Positions 1 through 12,450 of a stretch of DNA of 64,000 nucleotides are shown piece after piece; positions within the stretch are counted from its first letter, which is position 1, and each line of letters opens with the position of its first letter. Under the pieces are notes generated by a model. The model was not told where the DNA came from and did not search any database. It saw nothing but the letters and a program-made list of their open reading frames with translations. Source of the stretch: Chiloscyllium plagiosum (Eukaryota); the NCBI RefSeq assembly GCF_004010195.1, contig NC_057720.1, positions 4,971,776-5,035,775 on the forward strand, in the 5' to 3' direction. A program made the translations under genes and the position numbers.

Positions 1-90
1 GATTATCAGATCAGCCATGATCATATTGACCAATGGGATAGACGTTTGATGGGCTGAATGGCCTACCTCTGTCTCCATATCTTATGGATA
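1..90 (+). mobile_element. CR1 LINE 3' tail fragment
   Basis: gatcagccatgatc...gggctgaatggcctac...cttatg tail seen many times in the window. Confidence 0.75.
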
Positions 91-116
91 GCTCTTTCAA
101 AGAGCTAGTACAGATA

Positions 117-244
117 CAGAGGAACCTCAATTATCTGGCAAGATCACCAGGTCACGATGCTTGGCTAAACTATGATATCCAGCATTTGATCAACCAAACG
201 AAATACTTCCCGCCTGTGCCCTTCGGATAATCAAGGTTCCTCTG
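117..244. mobile_element. Tc1/mariner (pogo/Tigger-like) MITE, 128 bp
   Basis: 21-bp terminal inverted repeats CAGAGGAACCTCAATTATCTG / CGGATAATCAAGGTTCCTCTG (3 mismatches); flanked by TA on the left and CA (probably decayed TA) on the right. Confidence 0.7.
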
Positions 245-324
245 CATAACGAACCAAACGTCCTCCTTCCCCACTATATTATTCTTCAATTTTATCATAG
301 AATGGCTAGGTGGATTCCACACTA

Positions 325-620
325 ACATTCAGCCCACTGAGTCTCGCTGACCCTCCAAACAACATCATATCACCCCCTATCCCTATAACCCACATTTCCC
401 ATGGCTAATCCATCTAGTCTGCACATCCCTGCTCACTGTGGGCAATTTCCCACGGCTAACCCATCTGACCTGCACATCTTTGGACTATGGGAGGAAATCA
501 GAGCACCCAGAGGAAACCCATGCAGACAGAGGGGAGTATGTAAAACCTCCACCCAGACAGTCTCCCGAAGCTGGGAGTGATTCCGGGTGCCTTGAAATCT
601 TCCTTCTGTGCGCACTGCTG
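325..620 (-). mobile_element. HE1-like V-SINE, degraded
   Basis: Core ctgcacatctttggactatgggaggaaa...gaggaaacccatgcagaca. Confidence 0.8.
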
Positions 621-834
621 TGGGCATACATTATCTTTCCACAAGATATTTTTTGAAATAAATGCGTTAAGGTAGCTTTGGAATTCAGCTTTAGTTAAAA
701 CATCCAGTTATTCATTTAACTAGTTTAGAGGCAAGCTAATTTGATTTCATCAGGTTCAACCAGAGAATGACATGGGATTGGTGGGTACACAGTGACAGGA
801 CTGTATCATTTCTACCCAGAACAACTTTTTATTC

Positions 835-1445
835 AGGGGATGGTCCAGTGGCATTATCCCTGGAATGTTGATCCAGAGACCATCCAGGCATCCAGACTCT
901 AATCCCCCCACAGGCATCCAGACTCTAATCCCCCCACAGCAAATGATGGAGTTTAAATTCGATAAACACCCAGAATTAAAAATCTAAAGATGACAATGAA
1001 ATTGTTGTCAATTGTCAGGAAAAGCCCATCTGCTTCACTAATGCCATCTTTACCTGGTCTGGCCTACATGTGACTCCAGACTCTTAACTGCCCTGTGGGC
1101 AATTAGATTAGATTACTTAGTGTGAAAACAGGCCCTTCAGCCCAACAAGTCCATACTGACCTGCCGAAGAGCAACCCATCCCCCTACATTTACCCCTTCA
1201 CCTAATACTACAGGCAATTTAACATGGCCAATTCACCTAACCTGCACATTTTTGGAAACCGGAGCACCCAGAGGAAACCCACGCAGACATGGGGAGAATG
1301 TGCAAACTTCATACAGAATTGCCTGAGGCGCGAATTGAACCCGGGTCTCTGGCGCTGAGAGGCAGCAGTGCTAACCACTGTGCCACCGTGCCGCCCGGGA
1401 TGGCTAATAAATGCTGGCCTAGATACTGACATCTACATCTTTTTT
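835..1445 (+). mobile_element. tRNA-derived SINE family 2, split by a nested HE1 copy
   Basis: Body ...ttcactaatgcc...cctggtctggcctacatgtgactccaga...gggcaatta|gggatggctaataaatgctggcctag; recurs at about 10 other loci. Confidence 0.8.
1103..1396 (-). mobile_element. HE1 V-SINE, near full length
   Basis: tRNA-like head GGGCGGCACGGTGGCACAGTGGTTAGC with B box GGTTCAATTC, V-domain, (TAATC)n tail. Confidence 0.92.
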
Positions 1446-1754
1446 AAAATGTAGTTTTTGAGGCAGTCATCCTTTGGGAGGTGGTTTATTAGTTAATTTT
1501 ATTGCAAAAGAAAGAGAACATTGGGACACTGGAGTGTTGATAGATAGGAAGCAGAGATCACTAATGCTACACTCTGAGTAAACCTTGCTTTAATATTGAC
1601 TCGTGGGAACAGATGCCAGGTTGCCCCTGGAGAAGGTGATGGTGAGCTTCCTTCTTGAACTGCTATGGTCATTATTGCCTATTGTGAGAGCTGCATTAGT
1701 CAGAGGGAAATAGGTCTGGGTGGGTTCCTCTTCGGAGGGTCAGTGTGGACTTAA

Positions 1755-2188
1755 GAGTCATAGAGATGTACAGCATGGAAACAGACCCTTCGGTCCAACC
1801 CGTCCATGCCGACCAGATATCCCAACCCGATCTAGTCCCACCTGCCAGTACCCGGTCCATATCCCTCCAAACCCTTCCTTATTCATATACCCATCCAAAT
1901 GCCTTTTAAATGTTGCAATTGTACCAGCCTCCATCACTTCCTCTGGCAGCTCATTCCATACATATACCACCCTCTGCGTGAAAACGTTGCCCCTTTTATA
2001 TCTTTCCCCTCTCATCCTAAACCTATGCCCTCTAGTTCTGGACTCCCCGACCGCAGGGAAAAGACTTTGCCTATTTACCCTATCCATGCCCCTCATAATT
2101 TTATAAACCTCTATAAGGTCACCCCTCAGCCTCCAACACTGCAGGGAAAACAGCCCCAGCCTATTCAGCCTCTCCCTACAGCTCAAAT
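1755..2188 (-). mobile_element. HER1-like CR1 LINE 3' end
   Basis: ORF2 C-terminus RERLNRLGLFSL...RLRGDLIEVYKIMRG...FTQRVV.VWNELP; ctctatgactct tail. Confidence 0.92.
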
Positions 2189-2440
2189 CAGAGTCCTTGT
2201 GTATATTTAAATCTGAGAGAGAAAGAGATTCTTGATCAGTCGGGGAATCAAGGGTTATGGGGGAAAAGGGCAGGAAAGTGGATTGTGAGGAAAGTTGGAT
2301 CAGCCATGATCCTATTGAATGGCAGAGCAGGCTTGAGGGGCAGAATGACCTCCTCTTGTTCCTACTTATTACAGTAGTATTACAACTGTGAGAGCCACAC
2401 AGTTGATACCATTGCAATCAGGGTAAGGAATGAACGCCTA

Positions 2441-2600
2441 GGAGGAAATGAGAACTGCAGATGCTGGAGATCAGAGTCGAGAGTGTGGTGCTGGAAAAGC
2501 ACAGCAGGTCAGGCAGCATACGAGGAGCAGGAAAATCGATGTTTTGACCTAAGCCTTCCTGATGAAGGGTTTATGCCTGAAACGTCGATTCTCCTGCTCC
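2441..2600. mobile_element. PLE-derived mini-element family A, partial fold-back, hammerhead motif at 2559-2586 (+)
   Basis: CTGATGA-A-GGGT-TTAT-GCCT-GAAA-CG-TC; degenerate 15-bp flanking direct repeat aaggaatg(a/g)ac(g/c)cct. Confidence 0.75.
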
Positions 2601-2750
2601 AAGGAATGGACCCCTGTCTGGGTCAGCTGAATACAGTGTGTTTGATACAACAGAATCATGATAACAAAATCAAACCAAGACCCAGTCATCGCTCCCGACC
2701 TGAAGTTTCAGGGCCGCACTGCCATGGATGGAGCTGTAACGTGCACCTAC

Positions 2751-2838
2751 CTTTTCGTTGAGCCACTTTCGATAGTCTCCATCTCGACAGGGGACGCTGA
2801 GGGGGTGGGGAGACAGGAGGCTCCTCGTAATTCAGGAA
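2751..2838 (-). CDS. Internal exon E (88 nt); phase-1 reading (V)PELRGASCLPTPSASPVEMETIESGSTK(R/S); phase 0 is also open
   Basis: Acceptor ttgttcccctgttatttcag|TT and donor AAAAG|gtaggt; several CpGs retained; phase compatible with exon C. Confidence 0.65.
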
Positions 2839-2947
2839 CTGAAATAACAGGGGAACAAGTTACATCACGGAGCTTTGTGTTGGGATATTTCAAATTTAAG
2901 GCATTCCTTAGAAGAGGTGAAATTCAGCAAATAAAGGTACATTTTCA

Positions 2948-3300
2948 CAGAATCCCTACAATGTGGAAGCAGGCCATTCAACCCATACCAGCCCTCCAAA
3001 TAGCATCCCACCCAGACCCACCCACAGTACACTACACTATCCCTGTAACCCTGCATTTCCCCTAGTTACCTCACCTAACCTACACACCCCAGAACATTAT
3101 GGACAATTTTGCATGGCCAATCCACCCTAACCTGCACACCTTTGGACTATGGGAGGAAACTGGAGCACCCGGAGGAACCCCACACAGACACTGGGAGAAT
3201 GTGCAAACTCCACACAGACAGTCACCCGAGGCTGGAATTGAACCTGGGCCCCTGGCGCTGTGAGGCAACAGTGCTAACCACTGAGCTACTGTACCACCCC
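2948..3300 (-). mobile_element. HE1-like V-SINE
   Basis: Full head, body and tail similarity to 1103-1396. Confidence 0.9.
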
Positions 3301-4340
3301 TTGCTTCAGTCTATCCCTTTAAGAAACAATGAACTCGGTATTCAGAAAATCAACAGCAAAGGGAAAATGCAATTAAGATTCAGTCGCAAAATTAACATGC
3401 CCTTTCTGCAGAAGCCCCACTAGATTTATTACACAGCATCAATCAAACTCGACGTTTTCACTTGCTTGTATCCCTGAGGAAATAACAGTTGTTAAATCTG
3501 TTTGTGGTCTCAATGTTCCTCATTATCCACCTCCCAAAAACCCCCCAATTTTCTCTAACCCTGGGCTGGAGTCTTACCTCTCAAAAAACAAACCAAAGTA
3601 CCTTCATTTCCCTAATGGAAAGGGGTCACTGCAGTGACATTTCTATTAAACAATGCTGCTTTGCCAGTCACATTGACTGACTAATATTGCTTTCATTAAA
3701 CCAAGTATTTAGTATAGCCTCATCACTTAGCTCGAACTGCTATAATGTAATGTAAAAGACCACTTGAAATCAACTTCCAAAAGCAATTAATACACTTGAG
3801 TTAATTAGCATGCATAATGAGATCCAAATCAAGCTTCAAATTCTCTTTTAATAAACTGCAGTTAGAACAATTACAATCTTCCCCACCTTTTCCCTGATTT
3901 TCCTAGCTCCTCCACTCCTGCGAACAATGAAGTTTTGGCATGAGCCAGACGTCATCTCCAGGACCATAGCTACACACAGGGAGATAACAATGATGGCGAT
4001 GGTGCCTAGTCTAAGCCTCTCTTCATGGGAACACTACCTTCGGGTACAGACAGAAACCCGTACAAGGTCTGAGCCATGGGGCAGATTCGGGGAAGGCATG
4101 GGAATGTTTGTGATTGGTTTCCATGTCTCCAATCCCAGGAATGGGATGGGGCCAGTGCCTCTGGCCCTGTCCGATGAGGGAGCTCGGTTAAAGGACACAT
4201 CGAAAAGGCTGGTCACCAATTCTTGGTCAGGGGCCAGGGACCAGGGGTGTGGAGGGGGGAACAGGAATGTAACTGGAGGCAGCTGAGAGGAAAGGACAGA
4301 GAGAGAGAGAAAGAGACAGTGATAGACAGAGAAACAGAAA

Positions 4341-4342
<2 letters not shown>

Positions 4343-4396
<54 letters not shown>
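4343..4396 (+). repeat. (GA)n microsatellite
   Basis: Perfect GA dinucleotide run of about 54 nt. Confidence 0.97.
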
Positions 4397-4399
<3 letters not shown>

Positions 4400-4429
4400 A
4401 TTCTTGCGATAGGCATGTAAATGTAAACA

Positions 4430-4780
4430 GACTGGTCTGTCTCTGCTGTCTGGAGGAGGAGAGCGCAGCAATGCAGGGAAAAGCTCAATGATCCTCCTCA
4501 CTCTGTCTGTGTAAGGGCCACCATCTTCTCCCGGGTACTTCACACTCAGTCTGCCACTGCCCTCCCTTCATACCAAACCTATCTCCCCTCACTCACTATC
4601 AGCCATCCCAAACCCAGACACCCTGAACCCTACATGCCTCATGCCCTACTCACTCACTCAGGACACCTCTCCAACATTACAGCAGGAATAGCTGCCTCAC
4701 TCTCACTCCGAGGAGAGAAGCCCTCGGAAGGGGCAGAAAGACACACGATGGGTGGTGGGCTGCCTCACCCTTTACCTAGA
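4430..4780 (+). pseudogene. Possible relic of a PIF/Harbinger Myb/SANT-like gene
   Basis: RRAQQCREKLND followed by a gtaag donor, then EKPSEGAERHTMGGGLP; resembles the QCxKxxNDL ... TGGG pattern of Harbinger DNA-binding proteins. Confidence 0.35.
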
Positions 4781-6349
4781 AACGAACCAGTCTCTGAGCG
4801 TCCCGAGGGTCTGATTGGCCGTGTCCAAGCTCCTGGACTGATCTCAGAGGCTGCCCTTGACCTATTGTGCTAGGACCTGCTCAACAAAGACTCCTGATTG
4901 GATTGGGTACTGGGATCAACTGTGGCTGTCTTCCTGGCCTTCTGTCTGTGCCCAACAGCAGTGACTGAGCCTGGTATCTCTGCCTGAGGAGGAAAGGTGC
5001 AAAAATAAGGCAATGCAAGGCAGAGAAGGGGTCTGAGGTGGAGTGTGAGGGAATGCTGTGACAGTGAGTGGAGAGTTAGCCTGGTGCCAGCCCTGAGCTT
5101 GGGTGGGGGTGGGGGGTGGGGGGGGAAATGTCCTTGAGCACACTGTGTCCTTGCTGTAGTGTTAGTTCTCATCATGCCCTGACTGAGGTGTAGAATGGAC
5201 TGTAAAATGAATCAGACATGCCATGAGGGTTCCTTGAGGTTGGCACATTTCAGATGCCAACGTCAGAGGATGGGAGCACCCAGAGATGTCAGTGCCTACC
5301 AAGGTGATGCTTCAGAGCAAGCAGTGAGTTGAAGTCACCAAGTTCCCTCCACAACCTCCAAAATGAGAATTCTCAGGGTCCAGTTTGTCGGAGCCAATGG
5401 TAAGATTGAAAGCTGCATATTCATGTGCTGTTAATGAAGTTGTTAACAAACAATAATCAATCTCCCTTCAAAGGCACCTCCTTACTGCTATGCGAGAATC
5501 ACATTGTTACTGAGCGAGAATCCCCATCGCCGCTGAGTGAGAATCCCCATTGCTGCTGAGCGAGGTTCACGGCTAGATATCTGGGATTTAGAAGAGGCAG
5601 TTCCGAGCCTCAGAGAGGCCTCATTGGACTTTCTCGTGTGATTGTTACATTTCTTGCCATTGCCCACGTCATTCAGGCCCTTTTAAGATTATGCCTTCAG
5701 AGTTTTCACCTTCTAGTCAGTGTCTTCAATGCACATGTTGGCCCAGACAGTTCTGAGAGACAGCTCCTCCTGTGTTAGAGGGGCCTAGCTGAAGTGTTCC
5801 TGGACAATCCCAAAGATTGCTATTTTCCTTGCCCAATGTGGACAATTCTTAATCTACCTCCTCCACTTCCTGGTGTCATCCAGGATCTCTGCCTTTGCAT
5901 GCTCCACACCTCCCCCTACTGGGCCACATGGGAGTGTACAGGCACCAGATAACACCACCTAGTCCTGATTGCCTGCTCAACTATGGCTCAAGTGAACAGG
6001 TGGCTTCGGGCCTGTACATCTTGGAGTCCCATAGAGGAGTGAACAACCATCATGTCAAGAGATCGCCTCTAAAATCCTTCCAAAAGGCTTGCAGGAATGA
6101 ATGAAGAGAACTAGCAGCCTAGATTGGCAGAGGATAAAGGAAGCCTGGCAGCTGCCAGAAAGGCAGGGGTGGACACAAGAGGAACAATTCTTTGTTCTTC
6201 CAAGGATGCAGGAGCGTGAGAAAGGCTAGCATTTGCTGCCTGTCCCTAATTGCCCTGAAATGGGCAGCTTGTTTGCTCATTCCAAAGGGCAGTTCAGAAT
6301 CAACCACTGGAATCTGGAGTCATGTGTAGGCCAAACCAGACCAGGTATG

Positions 6350-7035
6350 TGAAAGGCAAAAAAATGGCCCTTGAAGACAGAAACAGGGGAATATATTATG
6401 GGGAACAAAGAAATGGCAGAAGAGTTGAATTGGTACTTCAGATCTGTGTTCACTGGGGAAGACACAAGCAATCTCCCTGAGGTNNNNNNNNNNNNNNNNN
6501 NNNNNNNNNNNNNNNNNNNNNNNNNNNNNNNNNNNNNNNNNNNNNNNNNNNNNNNNNNNNNNNNNNNNNNNNNNNNNNNNNNNNNNNNNNNNNNNNNNNN
6601 NNNNNNNNNNNNNNNNNNNNNNNNNNNNNNNNNNNNNNNNNNNNNNNNNNNNNNNNNNNNNNNNNNNNNNNNNNNNNNNNNNNNNNNNNNNNNNNNNNNN
6701 NNNNNNNNNNNNNNNNNNNNNNNNNNNNNNNNNNNNNNNNNNNNNNNNNNNNNNNNNNNNNNNNNNNNNNNNNNNNNNNNNNNNNNNNNNNNNNNNNNNN
6801 NNNNNNNNNNNNNGCATGGTATTGGGGGCAAAGTACTAACTTGGATTGAAAGTTGGTTGGCTGACAGGAAACAAAGAGTAGTGAAAAACGGCTCATTTCG
6901 GAATGGCAGGCAGTGACCAGTGGGGTACCGCAGGGATCAGTACTGGGACCGCAGCTTTTTACAATATATATTTATGATATAGAAGATGGTATTAGTAATA
7001 ACATTAGTAAATTTGCTGATGATACTAAGCTGGGT
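6350..7035 (+). mobile_element. CR1 ORF2 (reverse transcriptase) fragment spanning an assembly gap
   Basis: NKEMAEELNWYFRSVFT ... WIESWLADRKQRV ... SGVPQGSVLGPQLFTIYI ... SKFADDTKLG. Confidence 0.92.
6484..6813. other. Assembly gap (330 N)
   Basis: Run of n. Confidence 1.
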
Positions 7036-7529
7036 GCCCAACAGGTTGGTAATGGGACACGGCAGACTTTGAAGAACACACACAGCATGCAGAAGGCCTG
7101 GACTAACATTATCCTGGCTCATCAGTTCTCACTTTCAGAACCTTGCCCTGCTTCAAGCTGCAATACTTCCAAGGGATACAGAATTTAAAAACAAGAGGAA
7201 CTTCAAGAGTTGTTCCACTCCCTTGGAAACCAGGTTGATTACAATTTAAATGGGATAGTCTCCAGAACAGCTACCGGGCACAAGCCCCACCCAGCACTTC
7301 AACAGGACAATGTGCTATTCTCTCACTCACTGATCTGTTAAACATCCTACCTAGCTCCGCCCATCCTGGAATCTCTGGTTGCTTGTGTATTCAGGACGTG
7401 TTGTGCCTTTTTTATAACTAATGTCTGTAGTTTTTAACATGATGAATTACAATAAAACTGACTCTTTGATTTTGATTTAATGCAAAATATTTGGCTGATT
7501 TGTTTCCCCAAAGCTTCAGATTTGAGTCA

Positions 7530-8340
7530 GAGTCTTGCAGCAGAGAAACAGGCCCTTCGGCCCATCATGTCCATGCTGACCAACAAACACCAGACTACAC
7601 TCATCCCATTTAGCTGCACTTGGTCCAAAACCTATTCTACCCCTGGCTTTTTGAATACTCATCCAGATGCTTCGATCTGAGGAAGGGTCACTGGACCCGA
7701 AACATTAACTCTGATCTCTCTCCACAGATGCTGCCAGACCTGCTGAGCTTTTCCAGCAATTTCTGTTTTTGTTTCTGATTTACAGCACCTGCAGTTCTTT
7801 TGGTGTTTTGCTTCGTAAATGTTGCTGCCTCCCCCACCCTCTCAGGCAGCACATTCCACATTTCTACTGCCCCCTGGATGAAAAAAAAAATGTTCTCCGA
7901 TCTCCTCCAAACCACCCACTCCTCCACTTTAAACTGATGTCCTACGGTCTTAGTCATGTCTGCCAAGGGGAAAGAGATTCTCATGATCTATTCTGGTTAC
8001 GCCCCTCATAATTGTGTCCATCTCATTCAGATACCTCCTCAGCCTCACCTGCTCCAGGGAAAATAAACCCAGCCTATCCAGTCTCTTTCATCCCAGATGA
8101 CATCCTGGTGAATCTCCTCTGCACCCTCTCCAGCATAATCATGTCCTTCCAATAGTGTCACAACCAGAACTGTTCACACAGTATTCCAGCTGTGGCCTAG
8201 CCAATGTTTTATCAAGTTATAACAAAACTTGCTTGCTCCTATATTCTTCACCACAGCTAATGAAGGCAAGCATCCAAATGCCTTCTTCCCCACCCTGTCT
8301 CTCTGTGCTGATACCTTCAGGGATCTATGGACTTGTAAAC
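7530..8340 (-). mobile_element. CR1 3' region, degraded, with a nested PLE mini-element
   Basis: Antisense CR1 ORF2 C-terminal motifs and tail. Confidence 0.8.
7677..7805 (+). mobile_element. PLE-derived mini-element family B with hammerhead motif at 7677-7706
   Basis: CTGAGGA-A-GGGTC-ACTG-GACCC-GAAA-CATT, then gatgctgccagacctgctgagcttttccagca; short flanking repeat tgcttcg. Confidence 0.75.
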
Positions 8341-8896
8341 TCTCAGGAGTGAAGAGTGGAGTTTATTCACTCCTCCACCCTTAGCTGCAATAAATTTCTA
8401 ATCTTGACAAAGCCTCTCGTTACACCGAGCAGCTTTGTTACCATTGGTTAGGCACTAGCTGGAGGTAATCTGGGTCCAATACTGGACACTGCACTTTCAC
8501 AGGGCATTTTAAAAAGAGCACAGAGATTTCCTGGGATGGAATCGGGATTGGGGATGTTGTTTGGTGGGCAGACCGAGAGTCTGAACTCTGCCTCTGGAGC
8601 AGTGAGAGCTGCAGGGGGAGATTGGATCGAGGTGTTTGACATGACAAAAGGCTTTCGAGAGAGGAAATGAAGCAAAAAGGCCTGTTTCCAGTTCCAAGAG
8701 GGGTCAGTTAGCGAAGGACACAGGCTAGATTTTTTCGGAGGCGACAACAAAACAGTCGTGGATTTGTGGAAAGGGTGGACTCCAGGGACCGGTAAACCAA
8801 AACGTCAGGCTAATGCTTTAGGGTCACAAGGTTCAAATCCTCAACAGGTGGGATTTCAATTCAATTATCATAATGGTGACCATCATTGATCGCTAC

Positions 8897-9211
8897 TTAG
8901 ATTAGATTAGATTACTTACAGTGTGGAAACAAGCCCTTCGGCCCAACAAGTCCACACCGACCCGCTGAAGTGCAACCCACCCAGACCCATTCCCCTACAT
9001 TTACCCCTGCCCCTAACACTACGGGCAATTTAGCATGGCCAATTCAACTAACCTGCACATTTTTGGACTGTGGGAGGAAACCGGAGCACCCGGAGGAAAC
9101 CCACGCAGACACAGGAAGAACGTGCAAACTCCACACAGTCAGTCGCCTGAGGGGGGAATTGAACCCGGGTCTCTGGCGCTGTGAGGCAGCAGTGCTAACC
9201 ACTGTGCCGCC
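8897..9211 (-). mobile_element. HE1 V-SINE nested in a family-2 SINE (about 8790-9390)
   Basis: Canonical body and ttagattagattac tail; host SINE resumes at ttcactcatgtccttc. Confidence 0.9.
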
Positions 9212-9618
9212 CAGATTCACTCATGTCCTTCAATGGAGGAAATCTGCTGTCCTTACCTGGTCTGGTCTGCGTGGGACTCCACGCCAACAGCAACATGACT
9301 GTGTCTGAAACGCCCTAGAAAACCAAGTAAAGGGCAATTGCTCTGCTAATTAAGCAACCCCCTTAGCTGGCCACACCCATATCTCAGAAAAGCAGAAGTA
9401 CTTGGGGGCAACATGTCTGAACAAACAGCCACAATATTGTGTTCCTGCCTGCTGTACAACCAACACTTCATTTCCACAACTCATTCTAAGCAAAGGAGGC
9501 AGTGAGTGTGTTAGTTGTTTGCACCAGCCCAGGGGAACTCCCAACCGAGCTCAGGGGAGTCAGGTTGCTTCCTAGTGAACACTAATTGCAGTATGACCCC
9601 TGGAGGCTGTCCGATTAC

Positions 9619-9822
9619 CTGCTGCTCCCTGCTCAGGAATAGCTTCCTCCTTGGCTGTGTCATGTTTCAGGGCAGGATCAGGAGAGGCAAGTCGAATGAG
9701 TAACATCCTTTGTCCAGTTTCTTCCCTGGAGCTAGACACACATTCTCCATACGACCATTGATCTGAGGGAAATCCCAACTGGTTAGCACTTCCATTGCTG
9801 GTACCGACTGGCCCTGCAGACT
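9619..9822 (-). CDS. Possible symmetric (phase 1 to 1) cassette exon ESAGPVGTSNGSANQLGFPSDQWSYGEC...KEEAIPEQGAA
   Basis: Good donor GCAG|gtaatc and open frame, but the acceptor (ctctgagcag or tctgcag) has a poor pyrimidine tract. Confidence 0.3.
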
Positions 9823-10219
9823 CTGCTCAGAGCACTGTAGGCTGACAGTGTCATTCAAACTCTTGTACAAAAATACAGCTCATTTTTAATAACCAAACCT
9901 CCGTGATTTTAATTCCCTTCTTATCGCTCATATTAATTAGAGGTTGAATCGCTGAACACACGGGTCTGTCAATTTAAACAAAGTTAAACATCATCTTGAA
10001 GTCTGAAATCAAAGGCATTATCAGTGACCCCAATGAAAATATTGAATGAGAAACAAACTATTTCAGATTTGCTTTTTTCTGGAGCGAATCAAGTTTATAA
10101 ACTGGATCAGATGATTCAGATATCAAAAATAATCCAACTATTCTTCCACATCTGCGTCTGGAGCAACAGCACTCAGTAAAATGCACAGAATTTGGTCTAA
10201 TACCTGTCAGCTGACAGTT

Positions 10220-10570
10220 AGACAGACGAGGGCAAATAGAGAGAACGAGAGAGAGAAAAAGACGGAGAAAGAAAAAAGGTAGAAAACAATAGAGACAAGA
10301 CAAGGACAGGTAAGGCACAGGTAAAGAGGTACAGGGAAAGGAGGAATAAGGAGAGAATGGCTGGGGAGAAATAAAGTGAGGGAAGACAGAAAAAGAGTGA
10401 GGGAAGGGGAGCAGATGGAGAGAGAGCAGTGAGTGACGGGAGGACACAGAGGTGGATGAAGAGACAGAGAGACAAATGGATGGAGGTGCAGGGTCAGAGG
10501 GATAAGAGTAATGAACGGAGGAGTGAAGGAAGGGACAAAGGGGATGGAGGGAAGGATGAGGGACAGACAT
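10220..10570 (+). repeat. Purine-rich (GA) low-complexity tract
   Basis: Strong A/G skew, decayed microsatellite. Confidence 0.85.
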
Positions 10571-11559
10571 TTTTAAAACTCCAATCAAATCACCACTTAA
10601 TCTCCTAAATTATAAGGAATACAAAATTAGTTTGTGTTTTGGATTCCCTCCTCAGCATCCAGCTATTCTTGGTAAACCTACTCTGTGGCCCCTCTGAGGT
10701 AATGCAGTCTCCTCCTGATGGAAATTCAGGAAGAGGTGTAATTCCTCCTGGTCCTCTCCTGGAACCAGGTGTGATACAGAGACACGGGCACTGGGAGATG
10801 TCCCTGTTCTGACCTATCCTTACTGAATGGGCTAGTTACTAACGTTCGTTGGCTGCTGGGATGAGCCATATTAGCTGGGGAGCTCCTGCTGTGTCCTGCC
10901 CTTCCAGCAGGTGGAGATCAGGAACCCAGATGCCAGTCACTCCCACCAAAACCCAATGAGGCCCACAAGGGAGGTACACCATTCAACCAGCACTCCGCTC
11001 TCCCCACTATCCCCAGCTCCCCCCCTCCCCAAGCAGAAAGCTTCAAACATTTCAACACAACTTGCACCCAGTGGTGGTAGCCGTGATGTCAGCAGCCCTG
11101 TGATGAAGTTCACAGAATTCCTACTGTGTGGAAACAGGCCATTCAGCCCAATAAGTCCACACTGACCCTCCAAAGATAACCCACCCAGACCCACCTCCTT
11201 ATAACCCTAGATTTCTCAATGGCTAACATACCTCACCTATGGGTCCCTGAACACAATGGACAATTTAAATCTCCTATCAATCGAGCTAGGCTCAATGAAT
11301 TTTCCCAAGCTCCTGGTTTAAAATATATTTAACTAACAAACTTGGGATAAAATGCTAGTCTCATCAGTAATGATTAGGAAAACACCAGAGTGTCATAACA
11401 AAACGTACCTGATTCTCTCAATGTTCTTCAGGGAAGGAAATTTGCTGTCTTTCCCCAGTCTGGTTGACTCTGTTGACTCTTAACTACACTCTGGTTACTG
11501 CTCCATTGTCCTGCTCTTGCCATGTGATGGGAATTATTGTTAACAGTGCTAACAAGTGG

Positions 11560-12275
11560 CACTTACTCCGCAATAATTAGGCCACTGATGTTTATATCAG
11601 GCTCAATCAGAAGCATTTGGCTTTAGACCTCATTATAGCCTTAGTTCAAACATGGACAAAAGGGCTAAGGAGAGATGAGAGGGATTCCCCTTGATATGAT
11701 GGCAACAAAGAACCTGAACAAAACTGGAATCAGGGGGAATCGGGGGCAAACTCTCTGCTGGTTGGAGTTGTACCTGACATCTGGGAGGATTTTTTTAAGA
11801 TTTCTTACAGTGTGGAAACAGGGCCTTTGGTCCAACAAGTCCACACCGACCCTCCAAACAGCAACCCACCCAGACCCATTCTTCACCTAACACTACGGGC
11901 AATTTAGCAGGGCCAATTCACCTGACCTGCACATTCTTTGGATTGTGGGAGGAAACTGGAGCGCCCGGAGGAAACCCACGCAGACACGGGGAGAATGTGC
12001 AAACTCCACACAGACAGTTGCCTGAGGCGGGAATTGAACCAGAGTTTCTGGCGCTGTGAGGCAGCAGTGCTAACCACTCTGCCACAGTTGTTGGAGGTCA
12101 ATCATCTCAGCTCCAGGACATCTCTGAAGGTGTTCTTCAGGATAGTATCCTAGGCCCAACCATCTCCAGCTGCTTTGTCAATGACCTTCCCTCCATCAAA
12201 AGGGCAGGAGTGGGGGTGTTCGTCGATGATTACACAACGTTAGCATCATTTGCAAATCTCCAGATACTGAAGGAG
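11560..12275 (+). mobile_element. Second LINE family (CR1/L2-group) RT fragment with nested HE1 SINE (11797-12086, -)
   Basis: gttcttcaggatagtatcctaggcccaacc (VPQGSxLGP-like) and ttcgtcgatgat (FADD-like); same family at 47620-48540. Confidence 0.75.
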
Positions 12276-12299
12276 TCCACACTGGCACGACACTGCCCA

Positions 12300-12450
12300 T
12301 GGAGAAAGGGAGGACTGCACTCTCGAGGTCAGAGTCAAGAGTGTGGCGCTGGCAAGGTCAGGCAGCATCCGAGGAGCAGGAGAATCGATGTTTCGGGCAT
12401 AAGCGATTCTCCTGCTCTCTGGATGATCCTGCTCTGGCCAGCCAACCCTG
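12300..12450. mobile_element. PLE mini-element family A, short fold-back
   Basis: ggcagcatccgaggagcaggagaatcg...cgattctcctgctc; turns in the ribozyme stem II region. Confidence 0.65.

Noticed and set aside
4034..4543. ORFs with SLSLSL or ERERER runs (also 10058-10588 and 28245-28655)
   Set aside because: Translations of microsatellites and purine tracts.
5487..5565. CRISPR-like repeat-spacer array (also 61539-61638)
   Set aside because: Eukaryotic context, adjacent degenerate units, no unique spacers and no cas genes.
7040..7480. LTR-like segment ending near AATAAA (similar impression at 20760-21265 plus 22100-22275)
   Set aside because: Could not define TG...CA termini or a TSD.
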